In this document: piece after piece, positions 1-14,275 of the stretch
How positions within the stretch are numbered: position 1 is the first letter of the stretch
Layout of the letters: every line of letters starts with the position of its first letter
NCBI RefSeq assembly: GCF_001194135.2
Contig: NC_068998.1
Coordinates: forward strand, 46,244,607-46,308,606
Reading direction: 5' to 3'
From: Octopus bimaculoides
Taxonomy: Eukaryota
DNA: 64,000 bases
Notes under the pieces: model-generated
Database searches by the model: none
What the model was told of the DNA's origin: nothing
The model's input: the letters and a program-made list of their open reading frames with translations, nothing else
Position numbers and translations under genes: made by a program

Positions 1-339
1 GAGAGAGAAAGAGAGAGAGCAGTGGGGGGGACAGAGTGTAGTTGGCAGGAAGTATATTATTATGCTGCAATAATGAAACATTATGGTTCCAAGCTGCAGC
101 AGTATGAGTCACAGGCAAGAGACAACCTGGACATGTCAACCAATCCTTAATAAAACTTTAACAACACAAGAGCCAACAACCTTATTTGACAGCAAAATTG
201 AGGACTGGACAAGAATATAGGTAATGCATGTCTTATGGCCATGCGGTAAAGAGCTTGATTCCCAAATATTGGGTCATCCCATAAATAATGTGGTTTTTTT
301 TTATACTTTTATTTTTCAAAATTAAGATAAACAAATCTG

Positions 340-1000
340 GTGGATGGGGCATCGTTTCCCATTCAAACTGCTCCATCCTTTGGAATGCCATCTTTGCTTT
401 ATTTGGCTGAGTATTATCCAGATGGAAGAACACCTCTCGTCTTGAAACCGAAGATGGTTGTTTTTCTTCAGGCGCTGACTTAAGCTGCTCACAGTAGATC
501 TTCTTTGTTATCGTTTGGTTTAGGTTTAAAAGTTCAAAGTGGACTAAACTTTACATAACCCACCAAACAAATACCTTATGTGGGTGAAGACCTTCTTTAG
601 CCTGAGGTGCCAGTGTTTCTCCTTTTCCTACCCACTGTCTTCTGCGCTTGACATTTTTATAGAGAACCCATTTCTCGTCACCAGTCTTTATTTGGTCTAA
701 AAAAGGTTCATTCATGAGATGTGACAGTAAAGAAGAGTACACATTCACTCTGTGCACACGATTAGACTTGGAAAGTTTGTGAGGAATCCATCGACCCAAT
801 TTGCTAACTTTTCCAATGGCACACAGGTGTTGATGAATGGTTGAATGACCAAATCCAAGCTTCTCCGCAAGTTCCTCAACAGTTATGACGGGATTTTGTT
901 CCACCAGGGTTTGCAGGATGTCCTCGTCGAGCTCTACAGATCCTCCAGGAGGAGGCTCGCCTTCTAGGCTGTAGTTTCCAGCTCAGAATTTCTGGAGCCT
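340..1000 (-). mobile_element. Degenerate mariner transposase fragment
   Basis: EQNPVITVEELAEKL, WIPHKL, TGDEKWVLY and, in another frame, FHLDNTQP and MPHPP. Frameshifted, with a deletion. Confidence 0.9.
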
Positions 1001-2869
1001 CAGTTGACACTAGCTTATGTTTGTCTGATTCCCATATACTGTATTAATGTTGCTCGCACTTTCCATTGCATTTTTGCCTTTATTGAACTCATAAAGCAAA
1101 ATATGCTGAATATGCTCCTTTGTCACTTGCATTATAGCTTTGAAAAGAATAACTACCATTCAGCAGTACTGAACCTGGGCCCATGTCGTTGGGAAGCAAG
1201 CTTCTTACCACACAAGCATGAATGTTATTGCACACAACACTTCTATGGCTTAACCCTGAGTGTATATATAGGCTATACAGAACTCTGAAAGAGACTGAGT
1301 TACAATTACAAAGTGACATGTATAAAAACTTAATTGCAAAGGTGGTGCTATGATGCTTGATGTAATAAACAAAGGAATTTTCATTAAAATTTTCTTGCTC
1401 AGTGATGACAATGATCATCTAAATNNNNNNNNNNNNNNNNNNNNNNNNNNNNNNNNNNNNNNNNNNNNNNNNNNNNNNNNNNNNNNNNNNNNNNNNNNNN
1501 NNNNNNNNNNNNNNNNNNNNNNNNNNNNNNNNNNNNNNNNNNNNNNNNNNNNNNNNNNNNNNNNNNNNNNNNNNNNNNNNNNNNNNNNNNNNNNNNNNNN
1601 NNNNNNNNNNNNNNNNNNNNNNNNNNNNNNNNNNNNNNNNNNNNNNNNNNNNNNNNNNNNNNNNNNNNNNNNNNNNNNNNNNNNNNNNNNNNNNNNNNNN
1701 NNNNNNNNNNNNNNNNNNNNNNNNNNNNNNNNNNNNNNNNNNNNNNNNNNNNNNNNNNNNNNNNNNNNNNNNNNNNNAAGGAATTTTCATTAAAATTTTC
1801 TTGCTCAGTGATGACAATGATCATCTAAATAATTCTGGTAAAAAAATGACAGGGGAGAAAAACTAGAAATTTTGATTAGATGTAGACAACAATGTGGGAG
1901 GAAGGGTGATGTTTAATAGTGACAAATGTGGACATGTTTCTGCTTTGTTTGACTTCTTCAGTAAACCACAGCCTAACTGTTAGATTTTAGAATAACTAGA
2001 GGGATGGATATAAGTTTTTAGCGAAGACAGAGAGGGTGGTGCAATTGTCCAGGTACACCTACTGCAAGAAAATGTAACAGTAAAGTCAGTGGCAACAAGT
2101 TTGCTTGACCTATAGTTTATACATCTGAACGATGGTCTATATAAAACCACTGGACAGTCAAGTAGGAGGAGAAGGAGAAGGGAGAGGAGAGAAAACGATA
2201 ATTACCAACGATAATTACCATATAACTGTACTCATAGTAGCAGCAGTAGTAGCGGTGGTGGTAGTAATTATAACATTTAAAACTTATGACCTTGTTAATA
2301 CTACAGCATCTTAAACTCTTTCACACACACACAACCTAGTCCAGTGGTTGCCAAACTGAGGACTACCAGTTCTGCCCACACCACCAACCCCATGTATTAT
2401 TGTAATTTTATGCAGCTCCCACTCTTTTCTCTAACATTGGTCCAAGGCTGGAAATTCAAGAGTAGCGGGAGTAGGAAGTTAGTCACTCCCACCAACTCCC
2501 ACAATATATGACTGGTACTTATTAATTCGATCCTCCGAGAAATCAAAAACAAATCACTGTAGGATTTGAACTCAAAACATCAAAAGCCAGAAACAAATAT
2601 TGCAGCATATTTTGTCCAACGGTCAAACAACTCTGCCAATGAGACGACACAAAATTCATCTCTTGTCCTTCAATCTTCATAGCCATCCTTGCCCCTACTA
2701 AGAGAAACAGAGTCCTCACTAGGGAGGGAGCCACAATATATATATATATATATATATATATACNNNNNNNNNNNNNNNNNNNNNNNNNNNNNNNNNNNNN
2801 NNNNNNNNNNNNNNNNNNNNNNNNNNNNNNNNNNNNNNNNNNNNNNNNNNNNNNNNNNNNNNNACATAC

Positions 2870-2909
<40 letters not shown>

Positions 2910-3241
2910 TTATGTAAGTATTTGTGTGTTTGTCCCCCCACCATTGCTTGATAACTGATGTTGCTGTGTTTAAGTCCCCATAACTTAGCAGTTCAACAAA
3001 AAGAGACCAATAGAATAAGTACTAGACATACAAAGAATAAGTCCTGTGGGGAAACTTGTTCAACTAAAAGGCAGTGCTCCAGCATGGCCGCAGTTAAATG
3101 ACTGAAACACGTAAAAGAGATAAATAGATAAAACAGAAGCTGGACTGTTTCCGATTCTAGAATTGAATCTCAATGGGTGAGAACCATCCACCACTACCAC
3201 AACATCCACCACCACTACCACCACCACAACAGCCACATGCG

Positions 3242-3273
<32 letters not shown>

Positions 3274-4148
3274 GCCATCACACCACTGATGCAATCACAA
3301 CACAACCGCTAAATATGGTAATTGTCTCCTAATTTTCAACAATTAACTTAATTCATTGGTTAGCCTAATTAATCATAAAACATACACGATTGTATTCACA
3401 CACACACATACACACACACAGAAATGATCTTTATCTCATTTGTACTCTCCCTATTTGTACTTTGTCATTGTCATTGTTTAGTTCCAGGTTCCCCTCGACT
3501 AAACAGGCCTAAGATCTACTATATTCCATCCATTACAATCTCATTGCCTTATTTTCAATGTATGGGAACCTAGAACCATTTTATTCAACATGTCTTTCTT
3601 TTATATGGGAAAAAAAAAAATGATTTACAGAAGATTTGGCTGCTGTTTCTAGCACAATGAAGAACCATGTAAATGCTCTCCAGTTGATTGGCTCATATCA
3701 CTGCTAGAAGAAAGTGATGGTGGTAGTGCACATTGCATGATATATAGTAACAAACATTCTAACTACACATTAGGCTTTGTGTGGTGAGGAGTGGCTCTGT
3801 GCATGTAGTCACACACACTGGAAAACACCCATATTCCAGGTCACGCCCTACACACACAAATTCTGGCAAAGTTGAAAGTGAGAAATATAACCTAGAAACT
3901 TCTAAATAAAAAAAGTTGAGACATAAATGACATGTAACCTTTAGTCCTGAGTACTCCTGTTTGTGTCCACATATATGAAAGCATTTATCTTCTTCATCAT
4001 GGTTAATCCTCTCAACTAGGGGTTCCTAACCACCTGACTGCACACCAGTACCAGGTCTTGGATCATTTCATACAGGGCCAGACAGAAAGAATTTTTTAAT
4101 TCTATTTCTAATTTACTGACTATTGCAGATTGCAATATTATATATGTA

Positions 4149-5250
4149 CAGGCATACCTCGGCTTCAGTCATTTTGATTTTAAGTCATTCTCGATTATAT
4201 GTCGGTTTTCAAAAATAATATATGGAAAAATAAAAATCAAGTTAAGTCATTTTACTCAACTTTATGTCTGTCTGCCACAAATATTGGAATCGTAAAATCA
4301 CCAGAAAACCGTTAAAAGTACATAAAATCATGTTACTGTACAATAAATAAGAATAAAAGCATATAAAATCATATTAAAATACGTACAGTAAATGTTAAGA
4401 TACACACCATAAAGTAGTGTAGCTTAGGGAACCAAATCATGAAATCAGCTGTGTTGTCTTATTTATCTGTCTTTCGGAGTTCATATTGCATTGTAGTTCC
4501 AATATCTACCACTAGGTGTCATCATCACCTGTGATTCTTGCAATTGTTTTGAATTCAGATTTGTTCACATCAGTTTATCATCTACTTTCTCTTTCTCATT
4601 CATTTGTGACTATTTTTTGCCCCCATGGCTCCTAAGAAAATTCATAGTGAAAATGCTAAGCGTCATGCTATAACGCTGGTAGATAAACTGGCTATGATAA
4701 AAAAAAAACCATAGAAACTGGCACAATCTTTTGGGAGGAGTTGGACAACTGTATTGACGATTGTACATAACAAGGACAAGAATTTAGCACAACAAATCTG
4801 AAGACCCCATCAATAAGAGGCAAAATCTTTGAAGAAATGGAAAGTCTTCTTTGTCTTTGGATTGTTAGGTTGAATCGTCAGTGTGCTACTATCAGTCAAG
4901 AAATCATTCAAGAGAAAGCGTTATCTTTGTTTGAGGACCTGAAGAAAAAATATCCAGATGAGAAAGATGCAGAGTTCAAAGCAGGTCAAGGATGGTCCAT
5001 GAGATTTAAGGAACAAAGAAATTACCATTCCATTGAGAAGCAAAATGAAAGTGCATCAGCTGACGAACAATCAGCAGTGAAATTTCCTACTGCATTAAAG
5101 AAAATCATCAAAGTAAACGAGTTTCTTCCTGAACAGATTTTTAACGTAGACGAAACTGGATTGTATTGGAAAAAATTGCCAGACCGTTCATTCATTTCCA
5201 AGCAGGAGAAAACTATTCCAGGCTACAAAGTCTCAAAAGAATGTGTGACA
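4149..5250 (+). mobile_element. Tigger/pogo-family element, 5' part, truncated by a SINE
   Basis: TA|CAGGCATACCTC terminus. Start MAPKKIHSENAKRHAITL at 4625; ORF 4837-5301 has a CENP-B-like HTH (EFKAGQGW) and IFNVDETGLYWKKLP. Confidence 0.92.
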
Positions 5251-5921
5251 AGTAAATTCATGTATGCATATGATAGACTGCTTCCAGTTTCCGTCTACTA
5301 AATCCACTCACAAGGTCTTGGTCAGCCTGTGACTATAGCAGAAGACACTTGTCCAAAGTGCCACACAGGGGCACTGTACCTGGAATCATGTGATTGGGAA
5401 ACAAACCTTTTACCAAACAGCCATGCGTGTGCCTATAAAAGGCCCAAGTCCTGAGCCGCCATTTTTGTTGGCTGGTTTGAAACTTACTTGGCCACTAAAT
5501 TAAATTCTTGTCAACCGATCAATGATTAGTAAGCTGTTATATCAAGAGGTATACCATCTAACTAAACACTGCATTACAGTCCTCAAAGCAGGGACACTCA
5601 CTGATCTTTCAACATGTGTTGCAATCAAACGGCATAGGACTCAACTATATTCATGCTGTCATCAACCAGATAAACTATTATCAATACATACATTGTCATC
5701 ATTGAAAAAACAAACATACATAGGTTGCTGTGTAGACAACAGTAAGCTAACACCCACCAGCTTAGATTCATTGAACGCATATACTTGTAGGATTGTTGTC
5801 ACTTATGCACATTATACACATTCATTTGAAGACTCACTTTCATGTCAAGACATGATATATACATACATGTCTGTATGTGTGCACTCTCAAGTGCCTAAAC
5901 ATACATGTGAATATATATATA

Positions 5922-6620
5922 CAGGGTGCAATGGGTAAATTTTCGCCATTTTATATTTTTAATTTTGCGCATGCATGTTGATTGTTTTTGTTGACTACAC
6001 AGTATAGTAGGGTCAGTTGGGTACTGTGGGAAAAGCAGCACCATGATGCAATTAACTCTGCCAGAAATTTGGAAATGATATGCTGTACTGATTGGCATTC
6101 ATGCTGAAAGTTCCAATACAAACATTTCAGAGTGTTTGGGTGTCAATGTAAGGACAGTGCAGAGGATACAGAAAGAGTTGGATGAGTCTAATGGTGATTA
6201 CGAAGGTACAGCAGCTCAGAAAAGTCACTCTGATCGTTGTGATAAGAAAAGAACTCCTGAATTTATTGGTGAGATCCAGGCCATGATTGACAATGATCCC
6301 TCCAAGTCAATCAGGTCCATTGCCTGGCACATGGGAGTGTCTGAGTTTCTTATCAGACAGTTAGTGCATGAAGACATTCTGTATTCCTCCTACAAGATGA
6401 GAATGGGCCAATTTTTATCCCAAGCCATCAAGAATAAAAGGAAAGACCACGCTATAAAGCTTTTGAACAAACTCAAGCATCCCCTCCAACTGAACATGCT
6501 TTGGTTTTTCTCAGATGAGAAAAATTTCTGCCAGGATCAAATGGTGAACATAAAGAACAACCACTGGCTTGCTAAGTCCCCAAAACATGTACCGAGAGTG
6601 ATAAAAAATCAAACAGCCAC
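5922..6620 (+). mobile_element. Tc1/mariner-superfamily element (maT/DD37D-like), 3'-truncated
   Basis: TA|CAGGGTG terminus. ORF has NDPSKSIRSIA and WFFSDEKNFCQDQMVN..N.HW, then the homology breaks off. Confidence 0.85.
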
Positions 6621-7392
6621 TCAACATCTTGTAAAAGAAGTGTCGATGGTGTGTGTATGCAATAGTCCTCAACCTAAAAGAGAGGCAATGTATATCAGGA
6701 GCACAAGACCAGTGGGTCCCAATCAGACATCAAACCCAAAGGATCTCAATTAACGAGGACTGGTGTGAGTGGGATGTCCACAACAATCTATTTTTAAATA
6801 TTCAAACAATCATCATCATTATTATCATCATCATCATCATCAGGACAATAAGAAGTGAGAGAACTGATAAGGCGTCCTCATACAACATAGCTCACCCCTG
6901 CACTTTAAGTTGAAGAGGGTTGGGTAAAGAAGTACAGGTCAAGTACAGGAAGACCTATCAATTAGCTATACCCTTTTATTCATCTATGTCCCTACCCCAA
7001 ATCTGACTAAAAAATTATTATTATTTTCTTCTTTCAATTTTACTTCCATTTCTGCTGAGTATCTCCCCGCCCCCAACTTATTATTATTATTTTTTAGTAA
7101 TTCTAGTGATTGACAAAAAAAAAAAAAAAAAACTTCCCATGCTGTTAACCTCATTTTTTTGTATTTCATAAAACTAAATAGAAAAGGTGTGGGTTAGTGT
7201 GTGGGTGGGTCTTTAATCTATTTCCACCAACAATTAATAACTCACAAGAAAATTAAGGTCTATAATTATCATTTCTAGTTAAAAGTGTGTCTGCGTGTAT
7301 GTCAACATGAGTAGATGTGATCATGTAGGTATGAGCACATGCGTATCTATGTGTGCGTGTATACATATGTATGCATGTGTGTGAATGCGCAA

Positions 7393-7430
<38 letters not shown>

Positions 7431-8529
7431 GCATGCTTATGTGTATGTGTGTGCCCATGTATAAATGCATATGGATGTGTGTATGTGTTTGTATGTGTGT
7501 GTATAATCATGTATTTATTTTCTATATCACAATTGGTAAACAGTAGCAATGTGCAGTATTTCTGGAGTGAAACTTCTAACCCTGCCTAGCTGTCAGAATT
7601 AACAGGTGTCATCACATCATCTGGAGAGAGGTATGGTTATCTGTGATAGTTTAGTGCATTTGTAGGTCCTCAATCATTTCCTGACACACCAGAGATTAAA
7701 AAAAGGCAAAAAAAAAAAAAAAATGCATGCCAGGGTTACATTGAAGACACAAGATGCAGCATGGTGGATATGAACTACTGCAATCATCTGTAGTCATAGC
7801 ATGCACAGGTGAGACATTTCAGCTATTGAAAGACCAGTATGACTTATTGGGTTGGAACAAGTCATCTGGCCAGGTGATGATGATGATGATACATTCTTCA
7901 TATGACAATGATGACACAAAACCTAAAAAGTGCCAAAAGAAAAACCTCTCTGCAATTGCTTAATCTGCAAGAAATAGTAGTCAAATCTTCCCCAAGTACC
8001 ATCCTACCATTTCTGGAAAGTAAGATTGGCATATTGGTCAAGATTTTGATGATCATCAAGAAATATGGGATGGCCATGATTAGACTATCTTTGAACTGGA
8101 GCTAAGTAAAAACAATGTAAAGCAACTTGGCTAGCATCATCATAACACCAGGTGACCATCCATCATTGTTATTATTACTGGAAGACCTCAATGAAGCCAG
8201 GAAAATACACACCTCCAAGACACATGGTAATATGGTGTAGGTGAAGTATATCAACCTATATAGTAGACATTGCAAGTAATAGAGGCATACCTATAACTGA
8301 TGGTCTAGGCAGTAACAGTGGTGTGGAGACCATGATGATGAGAGCAAGTGTTTCAAATTTGTTTGCAGACATACCCAGATACATACATCCATAGGCAGAA
8401 AGATATGCACGTGCATGCACATAAACTCATACAAACTCATACACACAGAGGCAGACAGACTGAAACAGACACACCCAAATATGTGTGCTTGTACATGCAC
8501 ACAGACAGAAATACATGCATACACACACA

Positions 8530-9240
8530 ACCATACAGAAACAGAAAGATACACACACACACACACACACACACACAACCAAACAGAAACAGATAGACAT
8601 GCACACACACACAAACATACAGAAACAGAAACACACACATACACAAATATACAGAAAGAAAGACACACACACACACATACACACAAATATACAGAAACAG
8701 AAAGACACACACACACACACACACAAATATACAGAAACAGAAAGACACACACACACACACACACACACANNNNNNNNNNNNNNNNNNNNNNNNNNNNNNN
8801 NNNNNNNNNNNNNNNNNNNNNNNNNNNNNNNNNNNNNNNNNNNNNNNNNNNNNNNNNNNNNNNNNNNNNNNNNNNNNNNNNNNNNNNNNNNNNNNNNNNN
8901 NNNNNNNNNNNNNNNNNNNNNNNNNNNNNNNNNNNNNNNNNNNNNNNNNNNNNNNNNNNNNNNNNNNNNNNNNNNNNNNNNNNNNNNNNNNNNNNNNNNN
9001 NNNNNNNNNNNNNNNNNNNNNNNNNNNNNNNNNNNNNNNNNNNNNNNNNNNNNNNNNNNNNNNNNNNNNNNNNNNNNNNNNNNNNNNNNCACACACACAC
9101 ACAAATATACAGAAACAGAAAGACATGCACACACACACACAAATATACAGAAACAGAAAGACATGCACACACACACACACACAAATATACAGAAACAGAA
9201 AGACATGCACACACAAACATACAGAAACATGAAGACAGAC
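8530..9240. repeat. Compound minisatellite, unit of about 30-34 bp (CA)n-AATATACAGAAACAGAAAGACA, spanning an N gap
   Basis: The unit recurs on both sides of the gap. Confidence 0.85.
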
Positions 9241-11537
9241 ATACATGAAAATACACACAAAGACCGAAATCTACAAAAGCAAACTGACATACACGTGTAT
9301 GAACACAGCAAAACACACACACACACAAACTCAAAGCCGCAGTAAGAAGAAATGTAAGTAAACTAGTGTTAAGAAAAGAAGGGAAGTGATGTAATGATGA
9401 CATAGCAGTTTGGATGTATGGCAATAACTTCTCAATTCCCACTGGATCTTTGTACGTAGTCATAGCAACAGTAGACGGCAGAAGAGGGGGGGGAGTGTGT
9501 GCAGTGGTAGTGGAGGGGGGAATAGAAAACCAAACACACACAAAATAAATAAATAAATAAATAAATAAAAACAGATGATACTAAGAAATCAAAGAATGAT
9601 TCATACTGCACTTGAAACGCATTTGTAGCTGCATCTTAACATTACTGTACTGACAAACTGGCCAGTACGCTAAGAATCACATCTAAACAACATTGGTAGA
9701 GGGAAAACATCAGAAAGTTGTTTACCTACGCTAATACTACTATTAATAATAATAATAATTCTTTCTACTATAGGCACAAGGCCTGGAATTTCAAGGGAGG
9801 GGGATAGTCGATCACATCAACCCCAGTACTTGACTGGCACTTAATTTTATCGACCTCGGAAGGTTGAAAGGCAAAGTCGACCTCGGTGGAATTTGAACTC
9901 AGAATGTAAAAATAGGTGAAATACTGCTAAGCATTTCATCCATCATGCTAACGATTTTGCCAGCTCACCGCTTACATAATAATTCTACTGGTTGACTGGT
10001 ACTTACTATATCGACCCTGAAAGGATGAAAGGCAAAGGCAACCTCGGCAGAATTTGAACCCAGAATGTAAAGACATGAAAAGCCACAAAGCATTTTGTAT
10101 GACATGCTAATGATTCTGCCAACTCACTGCCTTAAAAATAATGATGATGATGGATTCATACATGTTTTACTTCAGCTATATAATGTTGATAATCAGACCC
10201 TAGAGAGGGATTTTATTACAAGTTCAATGCAGCTGTTACACTTAACCTCTCTGCCCAGTGATCTCCTTATCAGTGGATTCACCAGTCAGGGAGCACTAGC
10301 CTCTCTCCTTAGATATTAAGCCTACCAAAATAGCTCAGTCAATATCTTCAACAAATTTCCTCCAACAAGCTCTTATATATAATAAAATACAAACCCCAAA
10401 AGAGAGCAAGGCAACTTCTAAATATCTATCACTTGATTTGCTAAATCTAACAGTCAAATCTTCACCATATATAATAGGTTTTCTTCGTTTGTTTGTTTGT
10501 TTGGTTGTTTTTAAATGGGAATCATCCACTAAATCAGAAAGATGGCGATGGTTGGAACATATATATATATCATAGATTATAGCTCTACGAAACCAGGGTT
10601 GTCCTGGGACTAAACAGTCACTACAAGTACTTTGCCGAAGGCTACACTACTGGCATATGCCTTTAGGAAAGTAGAATGAAGGACCTTGACTAAGGTCACG
10701 ATTATAGCAAACACAGACCACATTTTTCGAGAACTTGACATTGTTTTAACACCCACCATAAATATACAAGCACATACAGAACACAGAGAAAGAGAGAGAG
10801 ACGGAGAGCCAGCCCCAACATCTACACATGACAATTAATCAGGAACACGTGGTTATTACATGGACAAAAGACATCATTAAGATATTCTATAATTACTGAA
10901 TAACCTTCGGCTTTTTTTTTNNNNNNNNNNNNNNNNNNNNNNNNNNNNNNNNNNNNNNNNNNNNNNNNNNNNNNNNNNNNNNNNNNNNNNNNNNNNNNNN
11001 NNNNNNNNNNNNNNNNNNNNNNNNNNNNNNNNNNNNNNNNNNNNNNNNNNNNNNNNNNNNNNNNNNNNNNNNNNNNNNNNNNNNNNNNNNNNNNNNNNNN
11101 NNNNNNNNNNNNNNNNNNNNNNNNNNNNNNNNNNNNNNNNNNNNNNNNNNNNNNNNNNNNNNNNNNNNNNNNNNNNNNNNNNNNNNNNNNNNNNNNNNNN
11201 NNNNNNNNNNNNNNNNNNNNNNNNNNNNNNNNNNNNNNNNNNNNNNNNNNNNNNNNNNNNNNNNNNNNNNNNNNNNNNNNNNNNNNNNNNNNNNNNNNNN
11301 NNNNNNNNNNNNNNNNNNNNNNNNNNNNNNNNNNNNNNNNNNNNNNNNNNNNNNNNNNNNNNNNNNNNNNNNNNNNNNNNNNNNNNNNNNNNNNNNNNNN
11401 NNNNNNNNNNNNNNNNNNNNNNNNNNNNNNNNNNNNNNNNNNNNNNNNNNNNNNNNNNNNNNNNNNNNNNNNNNNNNNNNNNNNNNNNNNNNNNNNNNNN
11501 NNNNNNNNNNNNNNNNNNNNNNNNNNNNNNNNNNNNN

Positions 11538-11584
<47 letters not shown>

Positions 11585-12017
11585 TTGTTATTTGTGTCTG
11601 TGTTTGTCCCCACCACCATTGCTTGACAACCAATGTTGGTATGTTTACGTTCCCGTAACTTAGCAGTTCGGCAAAAGAGACCGATAGAATAAGTACTAGG
11701 CTTCCAAAGAATAAGTCCTGGAGTTGATTTGCTCGACTAAAGGCGGTGCTCCAGCATGGCCACAGTCAAATGACTGAAACAAGTAAAAGAGTAAGAGTAT
11801 ACTTCACTCATCACTTGGGTGGGTGTCAGGCATAACAACTACTAAGAAAAAAAGGCTTCCTTAAAGCTAAGAACCATGGGTATAGAAACTGAAAAACCCC
11901 TTTATTCAGGAATTCAAAGTAGGGGATGATAGATATGAAAAAGAAAGAGGCTTATAGAGAATAACTGGGAGTTTGTCCAGCCAATGGAGGGCAACATGTT
12001 GGTGGAATGGTACAGTA

Positions 12018-12812
12018 CAGGCATACCTCATCCTATGTCGTTAATTGGTTCCAGGAGACTTAAGGCGAATTAACTTGTCTCTAGGCTAGGCTGAATTTAC
12101 TTGTCTCTAGGCTAAACTGATAATAACCATTCCCAGTTCTGTACTTTATTTATGAATGCATTTTCAATAATACATGGTTAATAAAAACCATGTGTGCAAA
12201 AATCTTGACCTTATGTACAATCGTTGATACAGTTGTCTGACTCATGCCCAAAATTAAGCAATTGCTACCACTTTTTCACCTCTATCGTGGCATTTTATCA
12301 CAGCCAGTTTATCTTTGAGTGTTATAGCATGATGCTTAGCACTTTTGCTATGAATTTCCTTATGAGCCATGGGACAAAAAATAAAGTCACAAATGAACGA
12401 AAATGAGTGGCTGATACACAGACATAAAATAATCTGAATTCAAAACAATTGCGAGAATCACAAGTGACAATGACACCTAGTGGTAGATATTGGAACTACA
12501 ATGCAATATGAGCTCCGAAAGACCGATAAATAAGACAACACGGCTGATTTCATGATTTCATTCACTAAGCCTCACTACTTTATGGTGTGTATCTTAACAT
12601 TTACTGTACATATTTTAATATGATTTTATATGCTTTTATTCTTATTTATTGTACAGTAACATGGTTTTATGTACTTTTGACGGTTTTCTAGTGATTTTAT
12701 GATTTCAATATTTGTGGCTGACAGATGTAAAGTTGAGTAAAATGACTTAACTTGATTTTTATTTTTGAAAACCAATGTATGATTGAGAACAACTTAAGTT
12801 GAGGTATGCCTG
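12018..12812 (-). mobile_element. Non-autonomous Tigger derivative (795 bp) with both TIRs and TA duplication
   Basis: TA|CAGGCATACCTC...GAGGTATGCCTG|TA. Positions of about 12240-12812 are the reverse complement of about 4149-4720. Confidence 0.9.
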
Positions 12813-13826
12813 TATATAGAAATATAGAAGTTGAGAGAGAGGCCTGGGAAGATTAGAACATGGTGTGGCCCAAGGAATACTATCAGGTAGCTAGAAGACA
12901 AACTAGACATTAGGTAAAGTATGGTAAAAAGAGAAGTCAAAAGAAAAAAGGGCTTGCCAATGTTGTGTGACATGAGGAGAGGGGTGTGTGGGGTTTTGGA
13001 TTGAAAAGAAGTGTGTTAGAGTGAATCGGGGACAGTTACTAGGGCAAAGTATGCAGGAATGATAGCAATGTACTTTCCTTCCACTGATGTTAAGAAAATA
13101 AAAAGAGATTTGGAAATGCTACCGTGAAAGGTTGTTGAGAGGAAAAGGAGAGAGAGAGAGAGAGAGAGAGAGAGCATGACAATCTGTCACATGTAACTAC
13201 AACACAGGAACAAGCTAGTGAAGACAGCTACTTGATCAAAATAGCTATTAAGAATATAAAAGCAGGGAAAGCAGTAGAGCCACCAGGAATGATTTCTGTG
13301 AACCTGAAAATATAAGGTGAAGTAGAATACGTCCTAGTCACTCATAGCATAAATCAGGAAGTTAGTTTAATACTTTATGATTCTAGACTTCTAAGTTAGA
13401 AATTTTTCTAATTATTTGACTCAGCACTCAGGCCTATGCAATCAGTATATAGAAGTTCTCACATACAACTGTCTTAAATTCCTTCGTTCTTTAACATCCA
13501 TATATCCCATGAGACTATGGCTATACCCCTAGAAATTCTTGATTCAGTTTATGTTGATAAATCACAGTGACACAACACTGGAATGTCCTCTCTCAAGCAC
13601 AGACCTGAGCAAAGTTTTGTGGAACAGTAGCAGTTGCCCATATAGCAGGTCTCCCCTATCTGTGTTACCGATGTTCATACCCAGTGAATGGTGTAGTGTA
13701 GCAGCATCATCTACAGAGACTGTTTCAGAAAGAAACAACTAGAGCAGAATTCAGATCAAACTAATGGGCCAAGTAAGAAAAATAAAAGAGCTGAAGTACA
13801 ACTAATTAGGAAGATAATTAGCTTAA

Positions 13827-14275
13827 CCTTTTAACATTCAGATTACTCTGTCAAACGAAATATTTATTTACATTGTTTTGAATTGGTCATAAATTATCTT
13901 AAAATTCCAAGATTTCGATGAAATGATTGTTTATTTTTAGAATGACATTGTAGCACTAGTGTAGCTACAATGTGTGCCACCTGGAGTGGCCCTTCCGTTT
14001 GCCACCCACAGACCCCACCAAAACGTATATTGCCTACAACAGGATGAAAAGTTCCGCCCTTTTAAAAATGCCACCCGGGGCGAATCTACAAGAGTCTACT
14101 TGTTTTATATTCAAACTTGCCAGATCCAGCCTCTCACACCTAACCTACAATGTCATTCTAAAAATAAACAATCATATCATTGAAATCTCAAAACTACAAG
14201 ATAATGCATGATTAGTTTAAAACAATGTGAATAAGTATGCATTACATCTGACAGAATAATGTGAATACTAAAGGG
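13827..14275. mobile_element. piggyBac-like MITE with long imperfect TIRs (about 125 bp)
   Basis: TTAA|CCTTTTAACATTCAGATTACTCTGTCA ... TGACAGAATAATGTGAATACTAAAGGG|TTAA, with inner arm match TAGAATGACATTGTAG / CTACAATGTCATTCTA. Confidence 0.85.

Noticed and set aside
1372-1830. Identical 53-bp sequence on both sides of an N gap (1372-1424 and 1778-1830)
   Set aside because: Most likely an unmerged contig overlap, an assembly artefact; a real tandem duplication cannot be shown.
8291-9541. Long ORFs in many frames (His/Thr- or Cys/Val-rich); also all X-filled ORFs spanning N gaps
   Set aside because: Produced by stop-free microsatellites and runs of N; no splice-consistent coding signal.
10610-10834. 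74-aa minus-strand ORF in the PI4K2 intron
   Set aside because: Starts in a CT microsatellite; no kinase or other homology in any frame.
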